Positions 39,401-51,741 of a DNA stretch of 64,000 nucleotides are shown here, piece after piece. The stretch comes from Enoplolaimus lenunculus. Lineage: Eukaryota. The notes under the pieces were generated by a model. The model saw only the letters and a program-made list of their open reading frames with translations. It did no database searches and had not been told where the DNA came from. Each line of letters opens with the position of its first letter. Positions within the stretch are counted from its first letter, which is position 1. The position numbers were made by a program, and so were the translations under genes. Location of the stretch: NCBI GenBank assembly GCA_030248215.1, contig JASANG010002214.1, forward strand, positions 248,001 through 312,000, written 5' to 3'.

Positions 39401-42400
39401 CCTGGGGGGCACTTTTCCTGGGGGCCCCCCAGATGATCTAAGGGGTCCTGGGGGGCAGGCTTAAAATTTTGCAAACCGACTTTTTGGACCATTTTTCATT
39501 CTAGACCGTGTTTCCAACTCAACGTAAGATTACTCATCGCTCAACATGACAAAAATTTCTCGCAAACGCTAATAACAATAATTTTAACTAATATTACGTA
39601 TATACTGACAACTTAACCAGAAGTTGAAAGAAGCACAATTATATAAAATATAGATAATCTATAATTGAAACTGTGATTAATATATATATTTTGTATATTA
39701 GTCACAGCTTCAATTTATCATAAGGCTCAGGCGGGTTGAACTTGCTGCTGCAAGGTACTTTCGAATGCTGTATGCCCTGAAACGGTTTTATATAATTGTG
39801 CTTTTTCAGTTCATTATTGCATTGTATTAGTTACTACGGGAATTTGTAACGCTATTAAAAATTATGAGTACTCAGCGTAATATAAAATCATATTTTGCCG
39901 AATGTCCGCCTCAAAAGAAGTACAGGTCTTTACGTTTTAACATTGAAAATTTGTGACCTAGAAAAGTCCTGGGGGGCCCAGCAAAAAAATTTGCTGGGGG
40001 GTTAACCGAAAATTCGCCGGGGGGTCTTTCCTGGGGGAGGCAAAATTTTCGCCGGAGGGAAATGAAAATTTCGAAAAGTTCTGGGGCCCCCCCGCCCCCC
40101 TCCCCGCTATGGAGAAGCCAGTATTACGGATAAATCTAATTCGAACCCTAAGAAAATTGCAGAATCAAAAGCACGCAACGGTAGCCGTTAAAGTCCTTGG
40201 AAAGATGAATTTTCAACTGCAATTTAGGCTGGATCAATTTGGCAAAGGGAAATATTCGTTTTGACGATATCGATACAACAATCGCTGATGAACTTTTGTT
40301 GTACGTTAACGGAGGGCATCGTCGCAATATTTGTGGCCGGTTGCGACGCGAAAATATTGCAGAACTCGAAGATTACGATGCGTACTGGACAAATTATGAG
40401 TCCGGAATCCGATATGGTGTTGCGTTGAACAGCAGCAGCAACTACAACGTGATTAACGATTTTGATCACTGCAGTTCTAATAATAGCGAGGCCGTCCTTG
40501 AGGTATGTTATGTTTCGATTTAAGAATATTTTAATGTTTTAGTATTTTGCATATTTCCTAATTCAATTGCAGTTTTGCTACTTCGATTACCTGTTGTTAC
40601 ATCACTCTATACAAGTAAGCCGGAACGCCTAAAATGTGTAACTTGATCATTGTTCTAGCTAACTGTTATCAATTTTCACATAACATTTAAGTCGAAACAA
40701 AATATCTGCAAATATGTAGGGTTTGCTAAGAAACAAGTTACTTTTGCACATTCTGCAACCATTTTGACTAGGGCCCATGTTACTTTAAGGGGCGTTCAGA
40801 TTTCTGGTGGGTCTATAATAGAGTAGGTGTAGATTCTAGATAACATTTTTTGCTTAGACTTAGGCTTAGGCTTAGGAATTCACTTATGCAACGCTTAGGC
40901 TCAGGCTTACGATACGCTTAATCTACTGTTACGGCCCTTAAAGTAACATTGCCCTTGACTAGTGTGTTATATGTAAGAGTCCAGTAGTATGAATACTTTA
41001 ATTTTTGTTATAATACTTAGGGCGATTTAATCAACGTCGACGTGACAAGCCCAGGTGCGACACTTGCTCTGGGAATGATTTTTCTGCAAACAAATTCAAA
41101 TACTATAGCATCTTGGCTTGAAACACCGGATACCGTAGCGTTGCTTGAAGACATTCGACCTGATTTTCATGTCTTTCGAACAATATCACGTAACATTATA
41201 TTGTGGGATTCTATTTTGCCCAGCGAAGAGTGGATTTTTAATCAGGTTACGCTTTACAGGGGGAATTTTCTGTTTAGTTTGGTGCATAACCCAGTCATAT
41301 GTACGAATTTGCAAGTTTTTTATTCTGCTAAAAAGAATCTGCAATTTTGTGAGTCTAGTGGTTTTCCGGTTAAGATTGCACTATACTTTTGTTGACCACC
41401 GGCGCCGTCCATCGCCCGTCTGGCGCCGTCCATCGCCCGTCCGGCGCCGTCCATCACCCGTCCGGCGCCGTCCATCACCCGTCCGTCTCTCGTGCGGTGC
41501 CAGCCGCCACCGTGCATCACCCGTACGGCGCCGTGCGTCACCGCTTCGAACATTATTTATGTTATACCTATAATTTTTAATAGTATGTTCAAAATGTACA
41601 TGTTATCAATAAGATCCTGCCTACTCAGTATAAAGTTAAATCTAAGCTTGAGTTTAAGTTCTCCAGCTCTGTTTTTCTGTGTGATAACCTCTTTTCATGA
41701 TATCGCCCCTCAAATCATTCCATATTAATGTTGTCGCCTTATTGCCGAAAGTGCGTTGTGGGTTTGCCTTTCTTCATTATTGAATATTTTATTGCTCTTG
41801 TACACTTTCTTCACATATTTAAGGTCTCAGGCTTTATGCTTACGTTTAACTAAACGCTTACGCATACGCTCGGGTGCAACCGACCCGAAACGGAACCGGA
41901 ATCGGGAAATGAAAGATACATTTCACCAAAAAATTCCTTTTTTATTTTTTGTTACAATATTATTGGTGAAATAACCCTAGTTAGAATTAGGTATTCACTT
42001 TATCTGTTGTATTTTAGATTTTCATAATTTACGGAAGCGAAATTTACCTTCGATGGTTTATTTTCGGCGGTTCCCGGAACTGGAACCAGAGTTCCAGTTG
42101 CACCGTGTCATACGGGTAGATAAACATTATCCTAAGCCTAATCCTAAACTTAAATGTGGAGGAAAGTACACAAGAGCACATTTTGTTTTAGTTACCGCCT
42201 ATTATAACGGCACATATAAACAGAACTGGTGGTTGGACACATCCACGTGTTCCTATGATTGATTCAAATGAAGATTATTTGGTTTCATTGAGTGAAGCCT
42301 ATTGTTATGTAATTGCTGGCGCATGTTTCAGTATTGGCTTGAAATTTGCCGGAAGTGCTAATGAGTCCGCGTTTCGTGTTCTTGTGAGTTTCTCTTTAAA

Positions 42401-45400
42401 TGTGCGTTTAGTGGTTGAGGGTAATTAGCATTTCAACATACTGCTAAGTGCAAACAGCATCATCAATGAGTCGGTAATTTTTGAATTGCCGATAGCGATA
42501 TTCACGGAAAGTGTCGTTTATTACCGATGCCGACAACGGCATAGCTACAGGTGCTAAGGTTTAATACACCTTTTGTAAATTTGGGCCAGGGGTTTCAGAA
42601 AATTATTCAGTTGGCTACAAAAGAACCTTTCTTCGAAATTTCATAGACCCTGACCCCTTCTAAAATCCTATGCAGATGCTCGATTAATCGGCACATCCCT
42701 AGTTTTTAGTAGTTTAAATTTGTTCCAGTAATATTGCGTTTGTTATTTTCAATTTTAGTCTTATTTTCGATTAAATGTATAGCTGTTCTTATAAAATTTT
42801 GCACAGATCAAACTTTGTCGTCTATTTATCGATGACCCTCACACGAAAAGCGCCGACGTATTGCTAAAAGTTGGTTCGTATGTTGCTGAAACTTGTAGCA
42901 GCATTATTATGTTAGCTCTCGGCATGGTAAGTTTGGTAATACACGCTGGCGGCGTCAGAAAAAATTTCGGAGGGCATCACCTACTATTATAATATTTTGT
43001 GCTTATATGTGCGTACTAGTGGTGTAAAGTAAGTTTCTTTCTTGAAAATTTTTGTAAATTTTAGAAAAATTTCAGGGAAATGTCCGCAATTCCCCCGGCT
43101 CTGCCGTTGGTAGCCGTAAGACTTTTGGTTTAAGTTTGGTTTTTGAAGTAGTCGCTGGTAAACTGTAAACAATTTAATTAAATCGCTGGACGATTTTTTG
43201 AACCAAGCTTTGTTGTGTTATTACAGTGATTAGAGCTTTAAGCAGTGCTATCACTGACGTTACCTACTGTTTTTATTGTCATTGTGCTTCCAATGTATTG
43301 TTGGGGGCAATAGTTTGTTATAGGCAATGGCTGGGACGGGAAATTTGGATGTTATTCGTATGATTCGGTTGCTTCGTCGTCGTGTAGGCGTCAACTTGAT
43401 TGATCTACACGGTCCACACGTGGTAGTGCACATGACTCTTGGGTTGCTTTTCCTCGGTTGCGGAAGGTATTTCGTTGCTTTTTTTGCATTTGTCTCTATT
43501 GTTTTCAAAATTGACGAAAGCGTGAATTAAGTTTGTTTTTACTCCAGTTCATATTACGTATAATTGCTTGTTCGCTGAGTCTAACCCTCACAGCCTCTAA
43601 GTGCACCGGTCTCCCTATCTCTCAGTGGCCAGACTCCTTTAAATTAACATTGGCCATTCATTCGGTATTGCGTTTGGATGGAAATTATTCGATCTAAAAC
43701 GCTTGTGTGCTCTTCGTTACTGAAGTTGTTGGATAATGATGTGTAAACATTTTGAAATGGATATTATAATAAAATGGTTTTTTAAAAATATTCGATGTTG
43801 CTTTTGAAAAATACTCGATGATTGCTGTTTTAGTGCGATTTATTTTAATACATTTTAGATATAGCTTGAAGACAACGCATACTGCAATTGCTGCGTTGTT
43901 GTGTGCTTTATTTCCGATATTTCCAAACAATACGTGCGATAATAAGTAAGCTAATTTTTCCTCGTCGATATAAGAAGCTTCATTCGAATCTCGCGACGTA
44001 TCCTTCGTTGTAACTTATATTTATGTTGATTTCCTCAGTACAGCGTTCACTCATGTAGTTTCAAAGCCCAAGTTGATGTTTTGAATATTAGAAGGTAATA
44101 CAAGCTTATAATACGCATCAGAGCCTGAGATAATTTTAAAAAATTGTCTCCGTGCTTTATTAGAACTAGACTCTCAGCTTTGCGTAATGCGCAAAGTTAG
44201 CGAAAGCACAAAAATTTCCTTGCAAATTTTATTTTCATAGAACAATCACGTGTATTTCTTAAGAAATTATTGTAAACAAAGTAATGTTGGAAAGTTACCC
44301 AAAATACGTATGTGGGACGTTCCAATTTTAATATATAGATATGTGTTTTGTGATCGTGCAATGATTTTTTCATACAGTAAGTCAAATTGTTGTTCTTGAT
44401 TTTTGTTTAGATACTATCTTCAAGCATTAAGACATTTGTATGTTATGGCATGTGAACCGCGCATCTTCAATCCTATCGACGCGGAAACAAAAGAACCTGC
44501 AGCTGTGAGCTTTTCGGTGATGTTTGAGGTAACTGTTTTGTGAAATATGTAATACGTAACAGTTGTATTTTAACATATTGGGAGGTTTTGATGTACAGCT
44601 TGAAAGTCTATGAAATGGAAATTGTACTTGAATAAATCGGGTACTTGGTCGACTTTGGTCATTTAATGAATAGCTGCCTGCATGTTGCACGTTGTACGTT
44701 TGAGCGTGGCGCTATACTTTTCGACTGTTTTTGTCACCCGGCACGCACGTATATTGCCGCATGGCACAGCATATCAATTTCTAAACCGAAATGTTTTGAT
44801 TGACGGATAGCGCCACTTGTGGACCAGGAGGGGGCATACGTCACGTATCAGAAATTTTTTTGTGATAAAATGGTAAGTTCCTTCCTCACCTTACAATTTT
44901 TGCGTTTCATAATATCTGCCAGCCCCCCCGTCAGAAATTTTTGGATCCGTCTCTAAATAGCGTCACCCGAAGACTTCAATTTTGGACAAAATTTGACATG
45001 ATGTGTAATAACAAATGACATTTTCATTATTATACCGATATTTTTGTTTATATCTTTAATATGCCTCTGAAATATATTTACCGCATTATTTAGGCTACCA
45101 AACATTACTCTAACAAGTCTGCCGGTTTCAAGTCACCACAATTGCTTCCCGAACTTCGATTACTGAAACAAGTTGCCATCAAGGATGCACACTACTGGCC
45201 TGTTGTATTTAAAAAGAGTGATAGGCCGCAGTGGTCACGTTTAGTGTAAGCGGGAATATGTAGTTTTCTTGTACTAAAGCATTCACGGTGACAGACGGTG
45301 ACTTATGATGACGGACGGCCATGCACGGCAATGTACGGCGACGGCGGCTTCATGTAACATTAAAATTGTTAGAAGTATTTGCGCGGCGCGAATAAGTTTA

Positions 45401-47849
45401 GATTTATCTCATTAGTTGCGACAACCAAATGTAAGACTAAATTTAGCTAATGCGATTCATTGATTTTTAAGACATTCATTAAAGCATGGAGGCGAAATTG
45501 AAATACAAAGGAAAGCCGGATTTTTCACCCATGCTTATGATCCTAAGGTATGTCAACTCGATATACCCAAAACTTAAACACTGCATTAATTGAAATGTCA
45601 AAATAAAAAGGTTTGCGTTTTATTGGACGTCCTGTTTCGGTAATATGTTTTCGCTACCGTTAGTTGCATTTTGATCAATTTGCTTATGTTCTATTAAGAA
45701 GACCTATTTTAGCTGATATTGTTGGAGTGTAGTAGTTCAGGAAGCGCGTATACCACTAAAGCTTGTTCATCAATGTAATATTTTTGTTAAAATGGTATAC
45801 ACCTCGAAATTATTGATACCCGTAATACAGTTTTCTATGTCAGTGAAGCTGCGATTGCAGTGTTTAAATTTATGATGTATAACAGTGTTTTGCAGAAAGC
45901 TACAGCTACCGATATACCGATCCTTTTATACCTGGTGTTTCAGGGATTTAAAAGCGTAACCAACATTAGCCATTTACGTATATCCGAAGATCATGCAGGA
46001 GCGGACTTTCCATCAATACCTGAAAACTGTACCGCGCTTCAAAAAACCTCAACAAACATTGAAACGTTAAAGTTTTGCTTGCGCAATGAAAGTTTGCCTG
46101 TTTATCCGTTTCTAGTACAGTTAGGACAGGTGTGTAACAAACGGGCGCTTAATTTAGAGTTTATCTCTACTGTTTGTATTTAGGATGTGCTTTATTGTTG
46201 TTTTGCAATCCAACTGGACGCCTTTTTTTATATTTTGTTATTACAGTTTTGATTTTAAATGCTACATACTTGAGTTTAAGTCAGTTTGTTCTGGTGAGAT
46301 TATGGTTGAATTTGAATTATGGAATCTGAAGTGCTATTAGCTGCAGAGGGAAGCGGTGGTTTGTATTTCCATTGCTCTCGTGCATGGACTGCTTATAATT
46401 CCGTACATAACCTAGTCGTATTATGGTTTAGTTCAACAGCGGCGTATACAATGGAGCGATAAAGGAATTATGCCCCCTTCCTCCTCGAAATGAAATCCTT
46501 ACTAAACCCCTGTGGTTTAATACTGTTTCAGGCAATCGAAAAACGTGACCCATCACCGCTATCTGTTGCTCAGTTAAAAATAGTGCTAGCCTATCTAGCA
46601 CAGTCTCGGGCAGAAGATGCTCGAAGACTGGGTATAGATGACATACCTAATCCGGCAATTGATGACCAATATTTCTTACAATTGAAAGGGTCGCTTCTCT
46701 GTTCATTGTTATCCTGTAAGCTTTTAAGCTGAGGTTTGCGTATTGCAGCCTAAGTTACCCGTGCATTTCTTTGTTGTTTCTGAAGATATTATCAATGTAA
46801 CAATAAGTTGTTCAGATAAATCGCTGATAAATGTAATATTACAATCTGGGTCCATATTCTCAAATACGTATACTATCTATCATCAGGTTGCGGATAAGTT
46901 TTCAAACTGACGAACTTCTGCAGTTTCGGATTGCAAAATTCGCATACAGCTAGAACAAATCAGATGCGAAAAATAATAATATGTCGACTTTCGAAGTTCG
47001 CCCATCTCTGATTTCGAAGTTGCAAGACTTATGACCAACTCGTAATAGATCTTATGCACGTTTAAGAGTATGTGCCCTGAATCTATGACGCAAAGTGCTT
47101 ATTATGTTGTGTTCGCTAGCTTACGTTTCGTTTGCGCAGAAGCTAATGCATCGCGATTATGACTGTAAACTTGCCGTAATAAAGGTTTTCAGAACCAGTG
47201 GAGCAGAGTTTACAGCACAAATAACCAACTGCGTAGTTTGATAGTAGTATTTTGACATAGAAATGCTGCTTATATTAATGTCTTAAAGTAAGTCTCAGTC
47301 GCTTATTCGAGACGTTTAGCGACAATTATTTGTTGTTCCAACACTTTTTACCTTCGCAAAATGCAACTCGGCTTTCTGTTTTTCAGGTGTTACACCCGAA
47401 ATGTTGCGAAAATACATGAATTATTATCCAGAAAATTCGCAGTACGAACTGACTGCCTACCAAAGAGGCAAAATCTCAATACTTTGTGATTTCCTGGATA
47501 TACCGCATCCAACGAAGTTGAAAACAGTAGTTAGTCATAGTAAGTTTTCGAAGCATTTTATGTACTTTATTTCCTGTGGAGTGTGTGATAATTAATCATT
47601 AATGTGGGAAATACCATTTAGGTAATACGGAAAATCCGAGCAAATGGTTAACTTACAGCAATGGTGATTCTAGAATTAGAAACTAACTTACTGAGTGTTC
47701 AGAGTTGTTAAGTATCAGTCTTTAACTCTGCAATTTTGTGTTTTTCAGACAAACAAGCCTTGTCAGATTTTATCAATACGATGAATAGTGTTGGTTGCTC
47801 TAGTTTTGGATCACTTCTTTTGCATCAAGCTCTGTTTTCACAACGATAA
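15448..47849 (+). CDS. ANAPC1: Anaphase-promoting complex subunit 1, 39 coding exons, complete
   Basis: Phase-consistent GT-AG exons: 15448-15582, 16594-16743, 17104-17161, 18669-18763, 18966-19042, 19251-19327, 19578-19723, 20008-20332, 20946-21375, 21584-21696, 21988-22150, 22676-22964, 23197-23358, 24338-24605, 31422-31609, 32110-32181, 32509-32637, 33262-33413, 34179-34267, 34657-34952 (alternative donor 34967), 36049-36238, 36603-36716, 36898-37124, 37537-37942, 38534-38692, 38977-39105, 40228-40502, 41021-41245, 42192-42383, 42807-42926, 43324-43466, 43859-43945, 44411-44528, 45094-45245, 45472-45547, 45944-46129, 46532-46715, 47387-47539, 47749-47849 (TAA). APC1 motifs: MIAASD, LGLLFER, EPVVPDICLEHVWTE, RTMALPIGRGM, WPQFHNGVA, SIHLPFLLPPT, REAYSLACGMALG, INVDVTSPGATLALG, AGACFSIGLKFAGS, MAGTGNL, YLQALRHLYVMA. 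Confidence 0.95.
25416..25625. repeat. Subterminal imperfect tandem repeat inside the Maverick (5 units)
   Basis: Core CTATTCAAAAAATTTTCCGTCCGCATGC recurs five times with TAATTACGCACCAGGCG-type linkers. Confidence 0.8.
25785..26502 (-). pseudogene. Maverick minor capsid (penton-like) protein, frameshifted
   Basis: The pieces MIESDYIYLESD... / FDLTKYQVGLTKIIVPRPIYNI... / LQRTLGISES... / IFLLYSDFIGNQIFEDNSKKAFMLIP...YEPNNIKF...LELLDSLGFPVQYGNGRISLELKF match the recalled Maverick minor-capsid pattern (WEVxLxEIxxPxxxxNI ... xVYxDxIxxQxVGD ... IxIxDxxGxPIxFxxGxxxxxLxF). Several frameshifts and stops. Confidence 0.78.
26837..27545 (-). pseudogene. Maverick accessory ORF (PW-like, DEDD-exonuclease-like fold with Cys/His tail), disrupted
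   Basis: C-terminal piece IVYSKGKHQC...VIDFGELGFPPF...SCCEFHK...FC (26837-27238) resembles the YVKG...IDL..LGCP...C..H...CA pattern of Maverick accessory proteins. N-terminal piece MAAIYLNT...TEVTAKF...FHFTFTP (ATG at 27545) ends at a GTAAGC donor-like site. Confidence 0.55.
29390..29950 (+). repeat. Degenerate TTAGGC-containing minisatellite inside the Maverick
   Basis: Recurrent TTAGGCTTA(GG/TG)... units alternating with ACATGACCTTAATGC and GGACA(C/G)CAATACTTTAAGG motifs. Confidence 0.7.
33631..33940 (-). mobile_element. Partial inverted copy of the G/C-run MITE at 39356-40123
   Basis: Reverse-complement identity over about 300 bp (AAAATGGTCCAAAAAGTCGGTTTGCAAAATTTTAAGCCTGCCCCCCAGG). Ends in TGGAGAAGCCAGT. 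Confidence 0.8.
35077..35469. repeat. Near-perfect 196-bp tandem duplication in an APC1 intron
   Basis: 35077-35272 is repeated at 35273-35469 with about two differences. Confidence 0.9.
39356..40123. mobile_element. Non-autonomous DNA transposon with G/C-run subterminal motifs
   Basis: TIR TACTGGCTTCTCCA (39356) / TGGAGAAGCCAGTA (ends 40123), with subterminal CCTGGGGGCCCCCC motifs. Superfamily not assigned. Confidence 0.75.
40772..40954. mobile_element. TTAGGC-bearing MITE, 8-bp TSD (Merlin-like)
   Basis: TIR GGCCCATGTTACTTTAAGGG / CCCTTAAAGTAACATTGCCC, exact TSD TTGACTAG (40764-40771 and 40955-40962), internal (TTAGGC)n. Confidence 0.85.
41370..41550. repeat. Truncated relative of the Harbinger MITE with 21-bp GC-rich repeats
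   Basis: CCGGCGCCGTCCATC(A/G)CCCGT occurs about four times, preceded by GATTGCACTATACTTTT, which resembles the TIR of the element at 48409-48757. Confidence 0.65.
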
Positions 47850-48029
47850 TCATACTGATCTGCAGAAAAATTGGTCACTGTGTTTGTGTTTTTGCGAGGA
47901 TAGTTGGCAACTACAAGATTTAATGCAGGTGTTAGTATTAACGAAGTTAACATTACAAGATGTCTAAAAGCATGTTACTTTTGCAACCGTTTTGAAAACC
48001 AGTCAGATTTAGCAAAAACAGTTTTGGAT

Positions 48030-48392
48030 AAGAGTCCATATCCCTAATAAAAGCTCGTAAGCGGACAGTCAGTAAACCACAATTAACGTCCATACATGTC
48101 AGTTATCCCTAATTGTGCATAAATGACTCCAAGACCAAATCAAGTTGAGTTTGAAACTTTAAAGCATGCTTAAGTTTTGACAGTACATTCCAAAGTGTAA
48201 CCTTGCATTATCGCTCAAGTTTTAGATACAAGGCAAATAAACGTTTAATTCAACGGATAGTTGCTATAGCGGGTATGTACCTGAGACGAAGGGAGGGTTA
48301 AAAATAAATAATAGTCCGTGACTGAATAACAGGGGTACCCTATGGAGAGGCTAAAATAGATAATATCAGTCTCTCCCTTTTTCGGGTCACTA
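48030..48392 (-). mobile_element. Truncated copy of the Tc1/mariner-type MITE at 53420-53862
   Basis: Reverse-complement similarity throughout, ending TTCGGGTCACTA. Another truncated copy is at ~49702-50085 (+), with fragments at ~16240-16330 and ~50670-50760. Confidence 0.75.
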
Positions 48393-48408
48393 ATGTAATT
48401 AATTATTA

Positions 48409-48757
48409 GGGTTTCGCTATACTTGACGTCCGGTACCGTGCGTCACACGTATGGCACCATGCGTCACACATACGGCACCGCGCGTCACCCGTACGACAAC
48501 GTGCGTCATCCGTACGACACCGTGCGTCACCCGTACGACACCGTGCGTCACCCGTACGACACCGTGCGTCACCCGTACGGCACCGTGCGTCACCCGTACG
48601 GCACCGTGCGTCACCCGTACGGCGCCGTGCGTCACCAGTACGGCGCCGTCTGTCACCATACGTTATCATACGAGGGTTATTATGGTGACGGACGGCGTCG
48701 GATGGTGCCGTGCGGGTGACGGACGGCGCCGCACGTCAAAAAATTATAGCACAACCC
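48409..48757. mobile_element. PIF/Harbinger-type MITE with internal 21-bp tandem array
   Basis: TTA TSD on both sides (48406-48408, 48758-48760). TIR GGGTTTCGCTATA / TATAGCACAACCC. About 11 copies of CACCGTGCGTCACCCGTACG(G/A), followed by inverted copies near the right end. Confidence 0.8.
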
Positions 48758-49424
48758 TTATTCTGTTTTTATATTTTATTGAGTATTGCAAGTCAGTAAA
48801 CAAGACTGTAGTTATTCATGAGTGCGTTAGTGAATGATTCTGAAATGTACTTAGTAAGTTGTTACAATTTCCGGGTGGTTTCTGTATACTCTGATGGGTG
48901 CATCCAGTATTTGTTGTATAATAGCTTCTGAATATGTGCATACCTCAATTGGCAGAAAGCTAAATTCACGGTACAACCGGAGGTGAATGAAGACCGGAGC
49001 CAGAGGTTAAAAATTTCGAAATTACCATATTGTGAAGTTTATTCATCTGCAAAGTGTAAAATTGTTTTCATGCAATGCCTTTTTGAGAAATCTAGGCAAT
49101 GTAAGCTTTCAATATTGCCCCAAAAGTTAAAACTCAATTGCACCAATTTATATTTCCGGCAGATTTTTCCTAGAGACGTAGGTCGATATTTGGCCGGGGC
49201 CAGAGGCAGACCGAGTTAACCATGACATTTACGCAAACTGAAATTAGTATCTTTCTGACATGGTCTATTTATCTGTGCTGCGTGTGCCCGGATATCCGTG
49301 GCCGATACAACACGATGTCCGTTTTCGTCAAAGAAATGCTTGGAACTTGTATTTTTGTACAAATATAAGTAGAGCTGTTCGTTTTCCCGCTTGCTCGAAA
49401 CAGAACTAAAATGTGTACTGTAAT

Positions 49425-50260
49425 GTTTGTTTGGAAAACGGAAAAGTGAAAAATGTAAAACGTATAGGTTTTTCCTAGTTATAGGTAACTATTTGGAAAA
49501 CTGGAAACGTGGAAAATTCATAGTCGTGGATATTTCAGCTTCGGTAGGGAACATCTGTAGTGTAAAGTTTGTTTGGAAAACGGGATAATGTGAAATTTAA
49601 AAACGCTTTAGTATCCCTGGGTTGGTAGGGCAAATCCGAAGCATAGGGCTTGTTTGGAAAACTGGAAAATTTAAAGCGTATAGGGTTTCCCTTATTATAA
49701 ACTGTAGTGATCTGAATAAGAAGGGGGGTTAATATTTATTTGGCCTCTCCAGAGGGTACCCCCCTTGTTATTCGGTTACGGACTGTTATTTTCAACCCTC
49801 GTTCCACTGCCCTTCGTCACTGATATATCCGATACTGCAATTGGTCCGTTGAATAAAATGTATATTTGCCTTGTCAATAGCTTGAGCGATAATACAAGGT
49901 TATATTTAGGAATGTATATTCAAAATTTAAGTACGCTTCAAAGTTTCGAACTCAAATTATGTGATCCTGGAGCATTTATGCAGTACAATTAGAGTTAATT
50001 GACATTTATGGACTCTAATTAGGGTTTAGGGACTCTATCCGCCTACGGACTCTTATTAGGTATACGGACTCCAATTGATTCGGACTAATCTGAAACAAAG
50101 GTTTTGTTTGGAAACGGGAAAAGTGGAAAATTCAAACGCATGCGTTTTCCCTGATTAAAGCAGGAATAAACGCTTTATTATCCCTGGGTTGGTAGGGAAA
50201 ATACAAAGCATAGGGTTTGTTTGGAGAATAAAAAATTTAAAACAGGTTTTTGCTAGTTAG
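49425..50260. repeat. Degenerate ~55-70-bp minisatellite split by a MITE insertion
   Basis: Repeated GTTTGTTTGGAAAAC(G/T)GGAAAA...AAAATT(T/C)AAA.CGT...TTTTCCCT units at 49425-49695 and 50100-50260, interrupted by the MITE at ~49702-50085. An inverted unit is at ~50495-50560. Confidence 0.65.
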
Positions 50261-51400
50261 GTACTGTTTCTGCCCTGTTGTATACATTAACCAGACAAGT
50301 TGCGGGTCTCCGTACGATTTGAAGAGATACTAAAGTAGGATGGGCGATTGGGCTCCCACAATGAAAAACTCCCCCCATAATCTTACACGTTTATTAAGAC
50401 AAATTATGGGTCTCACTGCCACTTGAAGGGATACTAAGCAGGTTGGAGGCTGCCGCTCCTTAAGCCCCCGAACTAGCGAAGATTTTCTCTACCTAACCAT
50501 GGAAAACCTATGCGTTTTGAATTTTATACTTTTCCCGTTTTTCAAACAAAACCTTCGCTTTAGATTTTCTTTACACTGCAAAAAATGGTGAGTCAAATTG
50601 ACTCTCTCCGAAATAGGCTTTTCCTAACTACACAAACTGAGTCAAAATTTGACTCCGCCTGAGTCAAAGCCCCTAAACTCTTAGAGTCGATAAATGTCAG
50701 TTATCCCTCATTGTAGTCCATAAATAACTCCAAGACCAAATAAAGTTTTGAAAGTACATTCCTATGTCATGGTGCTTCCCTTAGAGCAACAAGTTAAAAC
50801 AAGTGCTTGAGAAACGAAAATTATTAGGTTAATCCAAAAAACGCAAAATCGAGTTTCAGATATATCAGAAATAGAAAATTAAATTTCGGATATTCAGATA
50901 AATATCCGGCAAGGATTGCAGGATATTCGGATATGAAAAAATATCCGAACCCATCACTAGTATAAGCTCATTTTACGCTTAGGTGTAGGTTCAAGAATAT
51001 ATTCTTATACTATTTTAACGGCCCTGTTCTACATTAACAACATATCGTAGTCGGAAGCTAAATGTAACATATTTTAAGTGACCATTTTGTACAACATATT
51101 ATTTCCAACAAACACGCATGATTGGATTAAACGTCTTGAAACCGAAAATTTCCATAACAACGCATATTGCCTAATAGACTCGTAAATGGACACGTGGACA
51201 TTTTAAGGTCCTAATTATTTGTGTAAGCTTGAGTTGAGTGGTACACGGTTGAACCTTTGTGTTTAGACCACCGTTGTGAGAGTCACAAATGAATACGCGT
51301 AAGGCAATTCTATTGATACAATTTAGTAACAATACGCTAAAGTAGTGTTGAAATCTAAATATATATAGAGTTGTGTCTTGTTTGACTCTTTGCTTTAGAA

Positions 51401-51741
51401 TCAGGGTGCAAAAGGAAGTTAAAATACCAAGGCCGGAACTGGATGCCATCAGCATGCCGGAGCCGGAGGTGACACAAATTGCGTTATTAAAACGAATGTT
51501 CAGTATACAAATTTTAGCAAATTTTTGCGTAAACCGTGACCAAAAACTTTGAATTACCGTGTCTATTTATTGCTCAAATAGGTACCAAAAGGTAAATCAA
51601 AAACGCTGAATGATGCAATTTTCGGAAAAAATATGGAAAATTTCAATGCTGGTATTTTACCCCAACGTCCGGCAGAAATTCTACCGTAGCCGAAGGTCGA
51701 TTTTGTGCCAGAAATGGAGGCAGAGCTACGGTTGTACCCTG
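51401..51741. mobile_element. hAT-type MITE (CAGGGTG ends)
   Basis: CAGGGTGCAA...TTGTACCCTG ends with degenerate 8-bp flanks TTTAGAAT / GTTGGAAT. Confidence 0.6.

Noticed and set aside
48425..48660. 21-bp repeat array as a CRISPR array, and its ORFs (48406-48837) as proteins
   Set aside because: Units are head-to-tail with no unique spacers, the context is eukaryotic, and the array lies inside a TIR/TSD-bounded MITE. The ORFs are repeat artefacts.
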